A DNA stretch of 64,000 nucleotides from the human T2T-CHM13v2.0 reference genome, Homo sapiens: NCBI GenBank assembly GCA_009914755.4, contig CP068257.2:8480001-8544000 (forward strand). The letters are read 5' to 3'. This document shows positions 1 through 11,864 of this stretch, piece after piece (the first letter of the stretch is position 1; each line of letters begins with the position of its first letter). Made by a program: the position numbers and the translations under genes. The notes under the pieces are model-generated. The model saw only the letters and a list, made by a program, of their open reading frames with translations, was not told where the DNA came from and did no database searches.

Positions 1-304
1 GGAGTGAAGTGGCACAATCTCAGCTCACATTTCATTTCACCATTCCATTCTACTCCATTCCACTCAATTCCATTCCATTGCATTCCATTCAATTCCATTC
101 CACTCCATTCCATTCCACTACACTGCACTTCACTCCACTAAACTCCATTCCAATGCATCCCACTCCATTCCACTACACTCTACTCCACTCCCTTCCATTA
201 CATCCCATTGCATTCAACTCCATTGCACTCCACTCCACTCCACTCCACTCCACTCCCTTCCATTCCATTCCATCCCACACCACTACATTCCATTCCATTC
301 CATT

Positions 305-378
305 CTTTCGACAGGATCTCACTCTGTCGCCCAGGCTGGAGTGCAGTGGAGCAATCTCAGCTAACATTTCACTTCACC
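305..378 (-). mobile_element. Alu 3'-end relic module (antisense) embedded in HSat3, copy 1
   Basis: tttctttcgacaggatctcactctgtcgcccaggctggagtgcagtggagcaatctcagct matches the reverse complement of the Alu right-arm end GAGACGGAGTCTCGCTCTGTCGCCCAGGCTGGAGTGCAGTGGCGCGATCTCGGCTCAC. CpGs are decayed to CA/TG. The T-rich stretch is an ex-poly(A). Confidence 0.85.
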
Positions 379-743
379 ATTCCATTGCATTCCATTCCAT
401 TCCATTCCATTCCATTCCATTCCATTCCATTCCATAACATTCCACTGCACTCCACTCAACTCCACTCCACTTCATTCCATACAACTCCATTCCATTTCAT
501 TCCATTTAATCCACTCCATCCCCCTCCAGTCCACTCCACTCCATCCCAAACCATCCCATTCCATTCCACTCCATTCCACTCCAATCCACTCCACTCCAGT
601 CTAGTCCACTACATTCCAATCGACCTTAATCCATCCCATCATATTCCACTCCTTTCCCCTCCACTCCACTCCACTCCACTTCTCTCCACTCCACTCCACT
701 CCATTCTATTCCATTCCATTCCACTCCATTCCGTTCCATTCAT

Positions 744-818
744 TTCTTTTGACAGGATCTCACTGTGTAACCCAGGCTGGAGTGCAGCGCCACTATCTCA
801 GCTCACATTTCATTTCAC
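744..818 (-). mobile_element. Alu 3'-end relic module in HSat3, copy 2
   Basis: ttcttttgacaggatctcactgtgtaacccaggctggagtgcagcgccactatctcagctcac. Confidence 0.85.
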
Positions 819-1140
819 CATTCCATTTCATTCCATTCCATTCCATTCCATTCCATTCCATTCCATTCCATTCCACTACACTACACTCCATTCCATTCCA
901 TTCCATTCCATTCCACTCCATTCCAGTCCACTCAACTCCACACCACTCCACTCCACTCCATTCCATTGAATCCCATTCTATTCCACTCCATTGCACTCCA
1001 CTCCAATCCACTCTACTCCACTCCATTCCGTTCTATTCCATTCCATCCCATTCCATTCCACAGCATTCCACTCCCCTCCAATAAACTCTACTCCAATCCA
1101 CTCCATTCCATTCCATTAAACTCCATTCCATTCCATACCT

Positions 1141-1216
1141 TTCTTTCGACAGGATCTCACTCTGTCACACAGGCTGGAGTGCAGTGGCACAATCTCAGCT
1201 CCCATTTCATTTCACC
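1141..1216 (-). mobile_element. Alu 3'-end relic module in HSat3, copy 3
   Basis: ttctttcgacaggatctcactctgtcacacaggctggagtgcagtggcacaatctcagctccc. Confidence 0.85.
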
Positions 1217-1460
1217 ATTCCATTCCATTCTATTCCATTTCATTCCATTCCACTGCACTCCACTCCATTTCTTTCATTCCACTCCACTTCATTCCATCCC
1301 ATTCCATTCCACTCCATTCCACTCCTCTCCACTCCATTCTATTAGACTACATCCCATTGCATTCCACCCCATTACACTCCACTGCACTCCACTCCACTCC
1401 AATACACTCCACTCCACTCCGTTCCATTCCATTCCATTCCATTCCATTGCATTCCATACC

Positions 1461-1536
1461 TTTCTTTTGACATTATCTCACTCTGTCACCCAGGCTGCAG
1501 TGCAATGGCACAATCTCAGCTCACTTTTCATTTCAC
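1461..1536 (-). mobile_element. Alu 3'-end relic module in HSat3, copy 4
   Basis: tttcttttgacattatctcactctgtcacccaggctgcagtgcaatggcacaatctcagctcac. Confidence 0.85.
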
Positions 1537-1942
1537 CATTCCATTCCATTGCATTCCATTTCATTCAATTCCATAGCGTTCCATTCCATTCCATTCCATT
1601 CCATTCCATTCCATTCCTTTCAATTCCATTCCATTCCATTGCACTCCACTCCACTCCACTCCACTCCATTTAACTCCACTCCATTCTATTCCACTCCATT
1701 GCTTTCCATTCCATTCCACTCCATTCCATTCCACCCCACTCCACTCCACTCCATTCCATCCCATTCCATTTCACTCCATTCCACTCCACTCCTCTCCATT
1801 CCACTCCATTCCATTCAACTCCATCCCATTGCATTCCCCTCCGTTCCCCTCCACTCCGCTTCAGTCCACTCGAGTCCACTCCACTTCACTACATTCCACT
1901 CCACGCCATTCCATTCCATTGCACTCAGTTATGTTTCATTCC

Positions 1943-2018
1943 TTTCTTTTGAGAGGATCTCACTCTGTCTCCCAGGCTGGAGTGCAGTGGCACAATCTCA
2001 GCTCACATTTCATTACAC
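1943..2018 (-). mobile_element. Alu 3'-end relic module in HSat3, copy 5
   Basis: tttcttttgagaggatctcactctgtctcccaggctggagtgcagtggcacaatctcagctcac. Confidence 0.85.
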
Positions 2019-2237
2019 CATTCCATTCCACTGCGTTCCATTCCATTCCGTTCCATTCCATTCCATTCCACTCCACTCCAACGCATCCATTCCACTCCAT
2101 TCCATTCCATTTCACTCCACTCCACAGCACTCCACTAAATTCCATCTGGTTCCTTTAGACTCTATTCCACTCAACTCCACTCCACTTCACTCCACTCCAT
2201 TCCATTCCATTCCATTATACTCCAATCAATTCTATTC

Positions 2238-2325
2238 CTTTCTTTTGACAGAATCTCACTCTGTCACCCAGGGTGGAGTGCAGTGAAACTATTTCAGTTC
2301 ACATTTCATTTCACCATTCCATTCC
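2238..2325 (-). mobile_element. Alu 3'-end relic module in HSat3, copy 6 (variant: cagtgaaactatttcagttcac)
   Basis: tcttttgacagaatctcactctgtcacccagggtggagtgcagtgaaactatttcagttcac. Confidence 0.8.
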
Positions 2326-2523
2326 ATTCCATTAAATTCCATTCCATTCCATTCTATTCCACTCCACTCCACTCCACTCCACTCCACTCCATTCCATCCC
2401 ATTCCATTCCACTCCATTCCACTCCTCTACAATCCATTCCACTCCACTCCATTCCCTTCCACTCCACTCCTCTCCACTCTAATCCACTCCATTCCATTCC
2501 ATTCCTCTCCATTCTCTTCCATT

Positions 2524-2602
2524 CCTTTCTTTGGACAGGATCTCACTCTTTCCCCCAGGTTGGAGTGCAGTGGCACAATCTCAGCTCACATTACGTTTCA
2601 CC
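2524..2602 (-). mobile_element. Alu 3'-end relic module in HSat3, copy 7
   Basis: tctttggacaggatctcactctttcccccaggttggagtgcagtggcacaatctcagctcac. Confidence 0.85.
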
Positions 2603-2805
2603 ATTCCATTCCATTCCATTCCATTTCATTCCATTCCATTCCACTCCACTATATCCATTCCACTCCATTACATTACATTCCACTCCACTCCAGTCCACTC
2701 CATTCAACTCCACGCCACTCCACTCCATGTCATTCCATACCATTACATTCCACTCCATTCCATTCCACTCCACTCCACTCCATTCCATTCCATTCCTTTA
2801 TTTTA

Positions 2806-2872
2806 ACAGATTCTCACTCTGTCACCAAGGCTGGAGTGTAGTAACACTATTTCAGTTCACATTTCATTTCAC
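2806..2872 (-). mobile_element. Alu 3'-end relic module in HSat3, copy 8 (variant)
   Basis: ttaacagattctcactctgtcaccaaggctggagtgtagtaacactatttcagttcac. Confidence 0.8.
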
Positions 2873-3092
2873 CATTCCAATCCATTCCATTCCATTCCAT
2901 TCCATTCCATTCCATTCCATTCCATTCCATTCCTTTCCTTTCCATTCCGTTCAATTCCATTCCATTCCATTCCATTCCATTCCATTCCTATCCACTCCAC
3001 TCCACTCCATTCCATCCCATACCATTATATTCCACTCCGTCCCACTCCACTTCACTCCATTCCAGTCCATTCTACTCCATTCCATTCCATTC

Positions 3093-3170
3093 CTTTCTTT
3101 TAACAGAATCTCACTCTGTCACCAAGGCTGGAGTGCAGTAACACTATTTCAGTTCACATTTCATTTCACC
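3093..3170 (-). mobile_element. Alu 3'-end relic module in HSat3, copy 9 (variant)
   Basis: ttaacagaatctcactctgtcaccaaggctggagtgcagtaacactatttcagttcac. Confidence 0.8.
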
Positions 3171-3553
3171 ATTCTAATCCATTCCATTCCATTCCATTCC
3201 TTTCCTTTCCATTCCGTTCAATTCCATTCCATTCCATTCCACTCCACTCCACTCCACTCCACTCCATTCCATCCCATTCCATTCAACTCACTTCCACTCC
3301 TTTCCATTCTACACCACTCCACTCCATTCCATTCAACTCCCTTCCACTCCAGTCCACTCCACACCACTCCACTCCATTCCATTCCATCCTATTCCATTCC
3401 ACTCCATTGCACTCCACTTCACTCCACTACCCTCCACTCCATTCAATTCCACTCTAAACCATTCCATTCCACTCCACTCCACTCCACTCCACTCCAGTCC
3501 ACTACTCTCCACTCCATTCCATTCCATTCCACTCCATTCCATGCCATTCCATT

Positions 3554-3632
3554 CGTTTTCTTCGAACGGGTCTCACTCTATCACTGAGGCTGAAGTGCAG
3601 TGGCACAATCTCAGCTCACATTTCATTTCACC
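3554..3632 (-). mobile_element. Alu 3'-end relic module in HSat3, copy 10
   Basis: ttcttcgaacgggtctcactctatcactgaggctgaagtgcagtggcacaatctcagctcac. Confidence 0.8.
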
Positions 3633-3865
3633 ATTCCATTGCATTCCATTCCATTCCATTTAATTACAATCCTTACCACTCAACCCCACTCCATTCCACG
3701 CCATTCCATTCCATTACATTACATTTCAGTAAATTCCATTCCAGTCCACTCCACTCTGCTACATTCCATTCAATTCCATCCCATCCCATTCCACTCCATT
3801 CCATTCCTCTCCACTCTACTCCACTCCACTCATCTCCATTCCATTCCACTCCATTCCATTCCATT

Positions 3866-3945
3866 CCTTTCTTTCGACAACATCTCACTCTGTCACCCAG
3901 GCTGGACTGCAGTCGCACAATCACAGCTCACATTTAATTTCACCA
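3866..3945 (-). mobile_element. Alu 3'-end relic module in HSat3, copy 11
   Basis: tttctttcgacaacatctcactctgtcacccaggctggactgcagtcgcacaatcacagctcac. Confidence 0.8.
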
Positions 3946-4143
3946 TTCCATTCCATTCCATTCCATTCCATTGCACTCCACTGCACTCCACTCCATTCCA
4001 CTACACTCCATTCCACATCACTCCACTCCACTCCAATGCATTACATTCCCTTTCATCCCCTTCCATTCCACTCCATTCCACTCCACTCCACTCCACTCCA
4101 TTCAATTCTATTCCTTTCCATTCCACTCCATTCCATTCCATCA

Positions 4144-4222
4144 CTTTCTTTTGACAGGGTCTCACTCTGTCACACAGGCTGGAGTACAGTGACACAATCT
4201 GAGCTCACATTTCATTTCACCT
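4144..4222 (-). mobile_element. Alu 3'-end relic module in HSat3, copy 12
   Basis: ctttcttttgacagggtctcactctgtcacacaggctggagtacagtgacacaatctgagctcac. Confidence 0.85.
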
Positions 4223-4469
4223 TTCCATTCCATTCCACTCCAGTCCACTCAACTCCACTCCACTCCATTCCCTTCCATTCCAATGCACTCCAATCCTCTC
4301 CTATACACTCCATTCCATCCAAATCCATTCCACTCCATTTCACTCCACTCCACTCCACTCCGATACTTTCCATTACAACACAGTACATTCCACTCCATTC
4401 CACTCCACTCAACTCCACTGTATTGCATTCCATTCAATTCCAATACACTCCATTACACTACTTTCCTAT

Positions 4470-4543
4470 CCTTCTACAGGATCTCACTCTGTCACCCAGG
4501 CTGGAGTGAAGTGGCACAATCTCAGCTCACATTTCATTTCACC
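4470..4543 (-). mobile_element. Alu 3'-end relic module in HSat3, copy 13
   Basis: cttctacaggatctcactctgtcacccaggctggagtgaagtggcacaatctcagctcac. Confidence 0.85.
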
Positions 4544-5008
4544 AGTACTTCCCATTCCATTCCGTTTCGTTCCATTCTGATCTACTCCGTTCCACTGCAC
4601 TACATTCCACTCCCTTCCACTAAACTCCACTCAACTCCAGTCCACTCCACATCACTACACTCCATCCCATTCCATGCCACTCCTTTCCATTCCACTGCAC
4701 TCCACTCCATTCCATTCCATTACATTGCATCCCATTAGATTCCATTCCATGCCACACCATTCCACTCCACTCCACTCCATTCCATTCCATCCCATTTCAT
4801 TCCATTCCATTCCATTCCATTCCATTCCATTCCATTCCATTCCATCTGTTTCCATTCCATTCCATTCCATCCGTTTCCATTCCATTCCATTCCATTCCAT
4901 TCCATTCCATCCCATCCCATGCCATCCCATTCCATTCCATTCCATTCCTTTCTATTCCATTCCATTCCACTCCATCTCTTTCCATTCCCTTCCACACCAT
5001 TCCATTCC

Positions 5009-5085
5009 CTTCTTTCGACAGGATCTCACTCTGTGATACAGGCTGGAGTGCAGTAGCACAATCTCATCTCACGTTTCATTTCACC
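5009..5085 (-). mobile_element. Alu 3'-end relic module in HSat3, copy 14
   Basis: ttctttcgacaggatctcactctgtgatacaggctggagtgcagtagcacaatctcatctcac. Confidence 0.85.
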
Positions 5086-5179
5086 ATTCCATTCCACTCC
5101 ATTCCACTCCACTTCACTCCACTCCACTCTAATCCACACCATTCCACTCTATTCCATTCCACTCCATTCGATTCCATTC

Positions 5180-5256
5180 CTTTCTTTGAGATGATCTCAC
5201 TCTGTTACCCAGGCTGGAGAGCAGTGGCACAATTTCAGCTCACATTTCATTTCATG
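5180..5256 (-). mobile_element. Alu 3'-end relic module in HSat3, copy 15
   Basis: tttctttgagatgatctcactctgttacccaggctggagagcagtggcacaatttcagctcac. Confidence 0.85.
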
Positions 5257-5389
5257 AGTCCATTCCATTCTATTCCATTCCATTCTACTCCACCCCACTC
5301 CACTCCATTCCATTCTATTCCACTCCATTCCATTCCATTCCATTCCATTCCACACCATTCAATTCCATTCTACTCCATTCCATTCCATT

Positions 5390-5467
5390 CCTTTATTTCC
5401 ACTGGGTTTCACTCTGTCACCCAGAGAGGAGTACAGTGGAACAATCTTAGCTCAAATTTCATTTCAC
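5390..5467 (-). mobile_element. Alu 3'-end relic module in HSat3, copy 16
   Basis: ctttatttccactgggtttcactctgtcacccagagaggagtacagtggaacaatcttagctcaa. Confidence 0.8.
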
Positions 5468-6104
5468 CATTCCATTCCATTCCATTCCATTCCATTCCAC
5501 TCCACTCCACTCCAATCCTCTCAACTCCACTCCACTCAACTCAACTCCATTCTGTTCCATTCCATTCCAGTCCGTTCCATTGCATTGCATTCCGTTCCAT
5601 TCCATTCCTTTCCACTCCACTGCATACCATTCCACTCCATTCCACTCCAGTCCACTCCAGTCCACTCCACTCCACTTCACTCCATTCCACTCTACACCAC
5701 TAAACTCCATCCACTCCATTCCCCTCCTTTCGATTCCATTCCATTCCATCCCATTCCATTCCACTTCACTCTGATCCACTCCACTAAACTCCACTCCACT
5801 CCACTCCATCCCATTCCGTTCCATTCCGTTCTGTTCTGTTCCATTGCACTCCATTACATTCAACTCCACTCCTCTCCACTCCACTCCATTACACTCCATT
5901 CACTCCTTTCCACTCCACTCAACTCCATTCCATTCCACTCCACTCCACTCCATTTCACTCCATTCCACTCCATTCCATTCCACTCCATTACACTCCATTA
6001 CACTCCACTCCTTTCCATGCCACCCCATTCCACTCCACTCCATTCCACTCCATTCAATTCCACTCCACTACAATCCATTCTATTCTACGCCATTCCATTC
6101 TGTT

Positions 6105-6183
6105 CCTCTGTTTCGACAGGATCTCACTGTGTCACCCAGACTGGAGTACAGTGGCACAATTGTAACTCACATTTCATTTCACC
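6105..6183 (-). mobile_element. Alu 3'-end relic module in HSat3, copy 17
   Basis: ctctgtttcgacaggatctcactgtgtcacccagactggagtacagtggcacaattgtaactcac. Confidence 0.8.
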
Positions 6184-6360
6184 ATTCCATTCTTTTCATT
6201 CCACTCCACTCCAGTCCACTCCACTCCACTCCACTCCATTTCACTCCATTCCACTTCATTCCATTCCACTCCATTCTGCTCCATTACAGTCCACTCCATT
6301 CCGCTCCACTCCATTCCACTCCACTCCATTCCATTCCATTCTACTCCATTCCATTCCATT

Positions 6361-6438
6361 CTTTTATTTTGACTGGATCTCACTGTGTCACCCAGAATGG
6401 AGTGCAGTGCACAATCGTAGCTCACATTTCATTTCACC
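6361..6438 (-). mobile_element. Alu 3'-end relic module in HSat3, copy 18
   Basis: cttttattttgactggatctcactgtgtcacccagaatggagtgcagtgcacaatcgtagctcac. Confidence 0.8.
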
Positions 6439-7169
6439 TTTCCATTGCATTCCATTCCATTCCATTCCTTTTCATTCCACTTCACTCCATTCCAGTCCAC
6501 TGCACTCCACTCCAATCCATTCCACTACACTCCTTTCCATTCCTTTCCATTCCATTCCACTCCACTCCATTCCACTCCACTGCACTCCACTCCAATCCAT
6601 TCCACTACATTCCTTTCCATTCCATTCCTTTCCAATCCATGGCAATCAGTTCCACTTCACTCAAAACCACCACACCCCACTCCACTCCGTTCTGTTGCAT
6701 TCCATTCCATTCCGTTCCATTCCATTCCATTCTATGCCATTTCATTCCATTCCACTCCACTCAATTACATTCCGCCCCATTCCACTGCACTCCGCTCCAT
6801 TCAAGTTCCATTCCACTGCACTCCGGTCCACTCCACTCAGTTCCACTGCATTCCATTCCACTGCAGTCATTTCCATTCCGTTCCAATCCTTTCCATTCCA
6901 TTCTATTCAACTCCATTCCGTTCCACTCCACTCCTTTGTACTCCACTCCATTTCAATCGATTCCACTCCATTCCACTCCACTCCACTCCACTCCATTGCA
7001 TTCCATTCCCTTCAACTCCATTCCATTCTACTCCATTCCACTGCATTCCACTCCATTTCCCTCCATTCCATTCCACTCCACTCCATTCCAATCAACTCCA
7101 ATCCTTTCCTCAACATTCCATTCTACTTCACTCCATTGCATTCCATTCCACTCCATTCCATTGCATTCC

Positions 7170-7246
7170 TGTATTTCGACTGGATCTCACTCTGTCACCC
7201 AGACTCGAACACTGTGGCACAATCTTAGCACACATTTCATTTCACC
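7170..7246 (-). mobile_element. Alu 3'-end relic module in HSat3, copy 19 (right-hand subtype: gactgg / agact / cttagc)
   Basis: gtatttcgactggatctcactctgtcacccagactcgaacactgtggcacaatcttagcacac. Confidence 0.8.
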
Positions 7247-8534
7247 ATTCCTTTCCATTCCATTCAATTGCATTCCATTGCACTGAAATCCGATCCAATC
7301 CACTCAACTCCACTCAACTCCACTCCGTTCCGTTCCATTCCACTCCTTTCCATTCCATTGCATTCTGTTCCATTTCATTCCATTCCATTCCACTGCATTC
7401 CATTCCACTCCATTCCACTCAACTCCGCTCCACGCTACTCTAATCCACTCTATTCCACTGCACTCCAGTAAACTCCACTCCACTCCAGTCCTCTCGATTA
7501 CTTTAAATTCCATTCCACTCCATTACACTGCAGTCTGATCCACTCCACGCAACTCTACTCCTCTCCACTCTGTTCCATTCCGTTCTGTTGCATTCTGCTC
7601 TGTTCCGTTGCATTCCACTCCATTCCATTACACTCCAATCCACTGCATTCCACTCCACTGCACTCCAATCCACCCCACCCCACTCCATTCCACTCCTCTC
7701 CATTCCACTCCACTCCACTCCATTCCACTACACTCCTTTCCATTCCATTCCATTCCATTCCTTTCCATTCCACAGCAATCTGATCCACTCCACTCAACTC
7801 CATTCCACTCCACTCCATTCCATTCCATTCCATTCCATACCATTCTGTTCCATTCATTCCATTCTGTTCCTTTCCATTGCATTCCAATCCACTCCATTCC
7901 ATTCCACTCTATTCCAGTCCACTCCACACCACTCCACTCCATTCCACTCCTATCCACTCCACCCCACTCCACTCCACTCCCTTCAATTTCATTCCATTCC
8001 ATTCCATTCCATTCCATTCCATTCCATTCCACAGCACTCTGATCCACTCCACTCAGTTCCACTCCATTTCACTCCACTCCATTCCGTTCCATTCCATTCT
8101 GTTCTGGTACGTTCCATTCCGTTCCATTAAACTCCATTCCATTCCATTCCACTCCACTCCATTTCACTCCACTCTACTCCATTCCACTTCCCTCCACTAC
8201 AATCCACTCCAATACACTCCACTCCATTCCACTCCATTCCACTCCATTCATTCCATTCCAATTCATTCCACTCCATTCCACTCCAGTCCACTCCATTCCA
8301 TTCCACTCCAGTCCATTCCACTCCACCGCATTCCACTCACTCCCCTCCACTCCATTCCACTCCACTCCATTCCACTCTATTTCTTCCACTCCACTCCATT
8401 CCATTTCATTCCATTCCACTCCATTCCACTCCACTCCAATCCACTCCCCTCCATTCCACTCCACTCCATTCTATTCCACTCCATTCCATTCCACTCCACT
8501 CCATTCCATTATATTCTACTGCATTTCAATCCAT

Positions 8535-8613
8535 TCTTTTATTTCGACTATATCTCACTCTGTCTCCCAGACTAGAGTGCAGTGGCATAATCTTAGCTCA
8601 CACTTCATTGCAC
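8535..8613 (-). mobile_element. Alu 3'-end relic module in HSat3, copy 20 (right-hand subtype)
   Basis: ttttatttcgactatatctcactctgtctcccagactagagtgcagtggcataatcttagctcac. Confidence 0.8.
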
Positions 8614-10292
8614 GATTCCATTCCATTTCATTCAATTGCATTTCATTCCATTCTATTCCACTGCCATCCTATCCACTCCACTCAACTCCACTCCACTCCA
8701 CTCCATTCCGTTCCATCCCATTCCATAGCATTCTGATCCTTTTTATTCCATTCCACTCCACTCCATTCTATTCCACTCCATTCCACTCCATTCCACTCCA
8801 CTCCACTCCACTAAACTGTAATCCATTCAATTTCATTCCACTCCACTCCACTAAACTCCATTCCACTCCACTAAATTTCATTAAATTATTTTCCATTCCA
8901 TTCCAAAGCATTCCCATCCATTCCACTCAATGCTACTCCACTCCACTCCTTTCCATTCCTTTCCACTCTGTGCAGTTCAGTTCCATTCCATTCCACTCCA
9001 CACCACTCCACTCCTTTCCACTCCACTGCACTCCACTCCACTCCATTCCACTCCAATACACTGCACTCCACTCCATTCCACTACACTCCTTTCCATTCCA
9101 TTCCATTCCATTCCATTCCATTCCATTCCTTTCCTTTCCTTTCCTTTCCTTTCCACGGCAATCTGATCCACTCCAGTCAACTCCACTCCACTCCACTCCT
9201 TTCCATTCCATTCCATTCCATTCCATTCCATTCCATTCCATTCCATTCCATTCTATTCCATTCCATCCCATTCCATTCCATTCCACTCCACTGCATTTCA
9301 TTCCACTCCATTCAACTACACTCCACTCCACTCGAATCCACTGCAATACATTCCATTCCATTCCATTCCATTTCATTCCACTGCACTCCAATCCACTCCT
9401 CTCAACTCCACTCCGCTCCATTCGATTCCATTCCATTCCGGTCAGTTCCATTCTGTTCCACTCCACTCCATTTCATTCCACTCCACTCCACTCCACTTCA
9501 CTCCATTAGACTCCACTCCATTCCGTTCCATTCCATTCCATTCCATTCCTTTCTGTTCCTTTCCATTCCATTCCACTCCACTACATTCCATTCCACTCCA
9601 TTCCACTCTACTGCACTCAACTCCACTCCAATCCACCCCACGCCACTCCCCTAAATTCCATTCTATTTCATTCCATTGCATTCAATTTCATTCCACTGCA
9701 TTCCGATCCGCTCCACCCTACTCCACTCCACTCCATTCCAGTCCAATCTATTCCATTCCGTTCTGTTCCATTTCATTCCCTTCCATTCCGTTCCATTTCT
9801 TTCCATTCCATTCCATTCCTTTCCACTCCACTCCATTCCTTTCCACTCCATTCCACTCCACTCCACTCCAGTCCACACCACTCCACTCCATTCTATTCCA
9901 CTCCATTCCATTACAATACACTGCACTTCATTGTTTTCCGTTCTGTTCCACTCCATCCCACTGCCCTCCATTCCATTCCACTACATTCCACCACACTCCA
10001 CTACACTCCACTACACTCCACTACATTTTATTGCAGTCCATTCCATTATATTCCACTCCATTCCATTCCATTCCACTCCAATTCATGCCATTCCATTCCA
10101 CTCCATTCCACTCCAATCCATGCCATTCCATTCCACTCAATTTCACTCCTTTCAATTATGTTCAATTCTGCTCCACTCATTCCACTACACTACACTCCCC
10201 TCCATTCCACTCCACGCCACTCCACTCCATTCCACTCCATTCCATTCCACTCCACTCCATTCCATTCCATTCTACTCCATTCCATTCCATTC

Positions 10293-10370
10293 CTTTATTT
10301 CGACTGGATCTAACTCTGTCACCGAGACTGGAGTGCAGTGGCACAATCTTAGCTCACATTTTATTTCATA
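10293..10370 (-). mobile_element. Alu 3'-end relic module in HSat3, copy 21 (right-hand subtype)
   Basis: ctttatttcgactggatctaactctgtcaccgagactggagtgcagtggcacaatcttagctcac. Confidence 0.8.
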
Positions 10371-11012
10371 GTTGCATTCCATTCCATTTCATTCCATTCC
10401 CTTCCATTCCATTCCCCTGCACTCCAATCCACTCCACTAAACTCCACTCCACTCCGTTCTGTTCCGTTCCATTCTATTCCATTCCATTCCATTCCATTCC
10501 ACTCCACTCCATTCCATTCCACTCCACTCCACTCCATTCCATTCAATTCCCTTCCACTGCACTCCGATCCCCCCCACTCAACTCCATTCCGATCCACTCT
10601 GTCCCCTTCCATTCTATTCTCTTCTGTTCTGTTCCATTCCATTTCACTCCATTCCATTCCACTCCATTCCATTCCACTCCACTCCATTTCACTATATTCC
10701 ACTCCACTCCACTCCTCTACATTTCATTGCACTACATTCCATTATATTCCCCTCCATTCCATTCCTTTCCATTCAGCTCCAATGCATTCCATTCCATTAT
10801 ATTCCCCTCCATTCCATTCCTTTCCATTCAGCTCCAATGCATTCCATTCCATTCCATTCCACTCCATTCCATTCCATTCCATTCCACTCAATTCCACTCC
10901 ATTCCATTCCACTCCATTCTGCTCCACTCATTCCGCGATACTACACTCCCCTACATTCCACTCCACTCCAATCCACTCCACTCCATTCCACTCCACTCCA
11001 TTGCATTCCATT

Positions 11013-11090
11013 CCTTTATTTCAACTGGATCTACCTCTTTCACCCAGACTGGGGTGCAGTGGCACAATCTTAGCTCACATTTCATTTCTT
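11013..11090 (-). mobile_element. Alu 3'-end relic module in HSat3, copy 22 (right-hand subtype)
   Basis: cctttatttcaactggatctacctctttcacccagactggggtgcagtggcacaatcttagctcac. Confidence 0.8.
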
Positions 11091-11861
11091 CGTTGCATTC
11101 CATCCCGTTTCATTCCATTCCATTACATTCCATTCGTTTCCATTCCCCTGCACTCCAAACCACTCCACTCAACTCCACTCCACTACACTCCGTTCTGTTC
11201 CATTCCATTCCGTTCCATTCCATTCCATTCCATTCAGTTCCACTCCACTCCATTCCATTCAACTCCACTCCACTCCACTCCATTCTGTTCCATTCCATTC
11301 CCCTCCACTCCGATCCCCTCCACTCAACTCCATTCCACTTCACTCTGCTCCGTTCAATTCCATTCCATTCTCTTCCATTCCGTTCCATTCCATTCCATTC
11401 CATTCCATACCATTCCACTCCACTCCATTTCATTCCATTCTATTCCACTTCTTTCCACTCCACTCCACTCCACTCTATTCCATTCCAGTCCATGCCATTG
11501 AATTCCACTGCACTCCAATCAACTCCACTCAACTCCACTCCACTAGATTCCTTTAAGTTCCATTCCATTCCTTTCCACTCCATTCCGTTCCATTCAACTC
11601 CATTCCATTCCATTCCACTGCATTCCACTACACTCTATTTCACTCCATTTCACTCCACTCCACTCCAATCCATTCCAATCCATTCCATTCCTTTCCATTC
11701 CTCTGCACTCTGATACACTCCACTCAACTCCATTCTACTCCCCTGTACTCCATTCTGTTCCACTCCTTTCCATTCCATTCCGTTCCATTCCATTCCATTC
11801 CACTCCATTGCATTCCACTCCTTACCACTCTAATCCACTCCACTCTTCTCCACTCCACTAC

Positions 11862-11864
11862 CCA
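11862..11864. other. Abrupt HSat3 to alpha-satellite junction with no spacer
   Basis: ...ccactccactaccc|agaagcattctgagaaagttctttatgaggtgtgcagtcaa. The alpha array starts mid-monomer at the cagaagcattctgag position. Confidence 0.9.

Larger units (their letters stand above)
1..11863 (+). repeat. Satellite III (HSat3) pentameric array, (CATTC)n/(CACTC)n on + strand (GGAAT-rich strand is minus), no strand switches
   Basis: Continuous ccattccattcc / ccactccactcc pentamer runs with diverged variants. Only interruptions are the ~75-bp Alu-derived modules listed below. Confidence 0.95.

Noticed and set aside
9101-10030. Short (CCTTT)n and (CTACACTCCA)n runs inside HSat3 as separate microsatellite features
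   Set aside because: They are local variants of the pentamer array only 30-50 bp long. They are not distinct elements.
9-11713. Many long ORFs on both strands of the HSat3 array (e.g. 5585-7228 + 547 aa, 10031-11713 + 560 aa, 2283-3587 + 434 aa)
   Set aside because: They are pure translations of the CATTC/CACTC pentamer in stop-free frames (HSIPFHS... or MEWNGVEWSG...). They overlap each other on both strands, have no non-repetitive segment, and track repeat phase. They are artefacts, not genes.
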